The notes under the pieces: model-generated | Database searches by the model: none | Told to the model about the DNA's origin: nothing | What the model saw: only the letters and a program-made list of their open reading frames with translations | NCBI GenBank assembly: GCA_964451115.1 | Contig: CAYVGF010000005.1 | Coordinates: 1-26,158 of the forward strand | Direction of reading: 5' to 3' | Origin: an uncultured Candidatus Saccharibacteria bacterium | Lineage (GTDB): Bacteria > Patescibacteriota > Minisyncoccia > UBA6257 > GWB1-50-10 | Length of the DNA: 26,158 nt | Shown: in pieces, positions 23,452 through 26,158 of the stretch | How positions within the stretch are numbered: the stretch's first letter is position 1 | Layout: the number at the start of each line of letters is the position of its first letter | Made by a program: the position numbers and the translations under genes

Positions 23452-24462
23452 CTAAAACTGCCGGCCGGAATCGTTTTCTTCCGCCAGTAGCCGCTCTAAA
23501 AAGTTTTTCAGCTCCGCCGGCGAAAAAAGCTTAAAGACAATTTGGGTAGCGTTTTTGCCGGCTTTAATTTTAGCCGGAACGGAAAACTTTGATTCCAACT
23601 GCCTTTCCCAAAAGGAGTAATCCTGTCCGGCCGCCGAACCGGATTTTTTGGACCGGGCCTGCAGACGGAGCTCTTTGGAGCCAATCTGGCCGCTTAACAG
23701 CTGGTGAAAAAGGGCCTCTTGCCGGCTGGGATCGCTTATTGCCAGCAAAGACCGGGCTTGAGATTCGTTAATTTTCCCCGCCGCCAAAGCGTCTTGGATT
23801 GTTGAAGGCAGGTTAAGCAAACGCAAAGCGTTAGCCACCGCCTCTCGGCTTTTGCTGACTTTCACCGCTATCTCCCGCTGAGTCAATCCAAACTCATCCT
23901 GCAGTTTGGCGTAAGCTTTAGCGGTATCAATCGGATTTAAGTTGGCCCGCTGAATGTTTTCAATCAAAGCCAAAGCCAGCTGATCCCGGTTGGAATCTCC
24001 TTTCCTGATAATTGCCGGCACTCTTTCCAAGCCCGCCATCTTTGCCGCCAACCACCGGCGTTCACCGGCAATCAGCTGATACTCAACTTTGGTGCCGCTT
24101 TCGGTTTCGGTCTGAACCTTGGTAACCACCAGCGGCTGGATAATTCCCACTTCCCGAATAGACTGGGCCAGTTCCTTTAAGCTTTCTTCATTGTGCGTTT
24201 TTCGGGGCTGGTAAGGGTTGGGTTTAATCTTGTCAACCTCAATTTGGAAAATTGCTTCTTTTGACTTCGGCTTACCTGAAGCGCCAAGGCCGGCGGAAAC
24301 TCTTTGATAACCCGCCGCCGCGGCTTTGTCTAAATCCAAACCGCTTTCCTCTTCGCGATGTTTGGTAAAATGAGGAATTTTCCCTGTTCCCTTTTGGTTA
24401 CCGTCACTGTTCTGGCTTCGGTTTTGGGGCGGGATTAAAGATGACAACCCTCCTAAGTTCAT
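23452..24462 (-). CDS. parB: ParB/Spo0J partition protein
   Basis: GLSSLIP N-terminal peptide, PNPYQPRK, IIQPLVV, LIAGERRWLA, LIENIQR..LNP and HTH SREAVANALRLL. Confidence 0.93.
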   Translation of the reverse strand: MNLGGLSSLIPPQNRSQNSDGNQKGTGKIPHFTKHREEESGLDLDKAAAAGYQRVSAGLGASGKPKSKEAIFQIEVDKIKPNPYQPRKTHNEESLKELAQSIREVGIIQPLVVTKVQTETESGTKVEYQLIAGERRWLAAKMAGLERVPAIIRKGDSNRDQLALALIENIQRANLNPIDTAKAYAKLQDEFGLTQREIAVKVSKSREAVANALRLLNLPSTIQDALAAGKINESQARSLLAISDPSRQEALFHQLLSGQIGSKELRLQARSKKSGSAAGQDYSFWERQLESKFSVPAKIKAGKNATQIVFKLFSPAELKNFLERLLAEENDSGRQF

Positions 24463-24509
24463 GGCTTAAGTTTAACTTAAAAGTAATTCTAAAACAATTG
24501 CAATTAACC

Positions 24510-24536
24510 AAAAGGCGGCCGTTAAAGCCGCCTTTT
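24510..24536. terminator. Symmetric (bidirectional-type) intrinsic terminator
   Basis: AAAAGGCGGC-(7 nt)-GCCGCCTTTT, 17 nt downstream of the 24554 stop. Confidence 0.8.
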
Positions 24537-24553
24537 ATCAAACTGAAAAACTC

Positions 24554-24757
24554 TTACACTCCGAACTCCATCGGGTCAGAGCTTGGCTTTTTTTCGTCTT
24601 CTTCCTCTTTTTCTTTTGCTTTTTCCTCCATAATTTTCTTTGCCACCGGATTGTTCTCAGCTTCGTGGGCTTTTTCCATCTCCACTTCTTCTAACCTTTC
24701 CTCGCCTTTGCCGATCTCCGGCTCTTTGGGCTTGTTGCCAAATAACTTTTCAAACAT
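24554..24757 (-). CDS. Small Glu/Lys-rich hypothetical protein, 67 aa
   Basis: Fills the uvrC-parB gap on the prevailing strand, has purine-rich coding-like composition and is followed by a strong terminator. Confidence 0.65.
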   Translation of the reverse strand: MFEKLFGNKPKEPEIGKGEERLEEVEMEKAHEAENNPVAKKIMEEKAKEKEEEDEKKPSSDPMEFGV

Positions 24758-24823
24758 AGTTTTGTTAGTTTTTCAAATAACGACCTTTGGGCTCTTAACT
24801 TCAAGCTAACATGCCTCATATTT

Positions 24824-26062
24824 TTAAGCAAACAGCGCTTTCCGGCTCCTAAGTTTTTTATGGTAATTGATGGCAAACCGGTGGGCCTCGTCCCGAACTT
24901 TAACTAAAACGCTTTTCTTGATTCCAGCCGGGATTTTGCCGATAACCTCGTTTTTTTTGCGGGCCGGGCCTTTTGCAATGCCCACAACGGGAATCTTGAG
25001 GCTTAATTCCTCCAAAACTTCTTTCACAGCGTTAACTTGCGGCTTGCCGCCGTCAATTAAAATTAAATCCGGCGCGGGCCAGGCAGGCTGTTTAGTTTTA
25101 CTCCTCCGAAACCGGCGGCGGACAATTTCCTTAATCATTCCCACATCATTAGGCTGGCTAAAGGTTTTGATTCTAAACCGCCGATATTCGGATTTAGCCG
25201 GCTGGCCGTTTTTAAACACAACCATTGCGCCAACGGCAGACTGGCCGGCGGTATTGGAAATGTCAAACCCTTCAATCCGCTTGGCAGTTTTCCGGGCTTT
25301 TCCCGTTGCAGAGCAACCTGCGCCATCAACAGGCTCCTGGCTAATTAAAGCCGCATCCCGCAAATGGCGAAGGGCAAAAATTTGCTTTTTTAAGCTGGCT
25401 GCTTTTTCAAACTCCAGCCTTTCGCTTAACTCCCGCATCTCTTTTTCCAGAGCCTTAATCAGCTGGGATTTGCGGCCGGAAAGAAAACTAACCAGCCGGC
25501 GGATTGTTTTTCGGTACTCGGTTTTAGAAACGGCCCCTACGCAGGTTCCCGGGCAAAGATTGATCTGATAATCAAGGCAGGGCCGGCCGAACTTCCCGAT
25601 TTTTTCCGGCGGATGGACGTTCCAGGAAAAAATTCGGCGGAGGATTCTGGCCGCTTCCTTTGCTTCTTTGCCCAAAACAAACGGCCCGAACCGCTTGCCT
25701 CTCACCTTGTCTTTGTTCCGCACTAACCGCACGCGGGGAAAATCCTCATCCGTAATTTCCAAATACAAAAAACTGCGGTCGTCTTTTTCTTTAATGTTAA
25801 ACGGCGGCTGGTGCCGCTTAATCAGTTTTGCCTCCAAAATCAGCGCTTCCAAAGCGGAATCGGTCTGCTTAAATCCGACTTTTGCTATCCGCCGAACCAA
25901 GTTTTCAATCCTGCTGTCGTGGGGACGGTTAAAGTAACTGCTCACCCGCCGCTTAAGGTTTGCCGCTTTGCCGATGTATAAAATCTTTCCGGAACTGTCT
26001 TTCATCAAGTAAACGCCGGGAGATTCAGGTATTTTTTGAACTAAATTTACTTTTCTATCCAT
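24824..26062 (-). CDS. uvrC: Excinuclease ABC subunit C, short form without the C-terminal HhH domain
   Basis: GIY-YIG (GVYLMK..LYIGKA), UVR coiled coil, RNase H-like RIEGFDISN, LIDGG and RDEAHRFA. GAGGA lies 8 nt upstream of the ATG. Confidence 0.93.
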   Translation of the reverse strand: MDRKVNLVQKIPESPGVYLMKDSSGKILYIGKAANLKRRVSSYFNRPHDSRIENLVRRIAKVGFKQTDSALEALILEAKLIKRHQPPFNIKEKDDRSFLYLEITDEDFPRVRLVRNKDKVRGKRFGPFVLGKEAKEAARILRRIFSWNVHPPEKIGKFGRPCLDYQINLCPGTCVGAVSKTEYRKTIRRLVSFLSGRKSQLIKALEKEMRELSERLEFEKAASLKKQIFALRHLRDAALISQEPVDGAGCSATGKARKTAKRIEGFDISNTAGQSAVGAMVVFKNGQPAKSEYRRFRIKTFSQPNDVGMIKEIVRRRFRRSKTKQPAWPAPDLILIDGGKPQVNAVKEVLEELSLKIPVVGIAKGPARKKNEVIGKIPAGIKKSVLVKVRDEAHRFAINYHKKLRSRKALFA

Positions 26063-26080
26063 CTTCTTATTCCTCGCTAA

Positions 26081-26149
26081 ATTTAATTGAATTAATCCGA
26101 TTTATTTAATTGAATTAATCCGATTTATTTAATTGAATTAATCCGATTT
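26081..26149. repeat. Three exact tandem copies of a 23-bp AT-rich unit
   Basis: ATTTAATTGAATTAATCCGATTT at 26081, 26104 and 26127. Confidence 0.93.
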
Positions 26150-26158
26150 CAACTCAAT

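Noticed and set aside
24441-24876. 122-aa plus-strand ORF (24441-24809) and 61-aa minus-strand ORF (24691-24876)
   Set aside because: The first is the Ser/Phe-rich antisense shadow of the acidic protein and crosses a terminator. The second overlaps uvrC and the 67-aa gene, and has no recognisable motif.
582-25937. Numerous antisense or alternative-frame ORFs, e.g. 24867-25568, 15567-16076, 10602-11075, 9078-9482
   Set aside because: They lie within well-supported genes, have no recognisable motifs or expression signals, and are expected shadows of codon bias.
26081-26149. CRISPR array or parS cluster at the window end
   Set aside because: The units are contiguous with no spacers and do not resemble the parS consensus.

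Overview
This is a housekeeping stretch of a small-genome bacterium. The gene set and the trimmed protein architectures point to Patescibacteria/CPR, probably Parcubacteria (inference). It uses genetic code 11, with TGA as a stop. Nearly all genes are on the minus strand: tRNA-Gly(CCC), metG, a Zn-finger hypothetical, ndk, aspS, split comEC, mnmA, a VirD4/TraD-like ATPase with an upstream membrane protein, a sigma-4/wHTH protein, secF, secD, a P-type ATPase, an FAD oxidoreductase, mscS, a ROK kinase, parB, a small acidic protein and uvrC. Only efp and rel are on the plus strand. I found no transposase, integrase, phage gene or CRISPR array. The most notable observations are: (1) an unannotated ~145-nt rod-shaped RNA at 1798-1942 with its own promoter and U-tract, resembling 6S RNA; (2) the tRNA-Gly 5' end containing the last codons and stop of metG; (3) a window-wide pattern of leaderless or near-leaderless promoters; (4) non-canonical catalytic or modification motifs (P-type ATPase DKTLT/TGEW, EF-P MQQR loop); (5) a coupling-protein-like ATPase pair with no conjugation genes nearby; (6) several families of intergenic palindromes and tandem repeats. 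All calls come from reading motifs by eye; no searches or folding programs were run.
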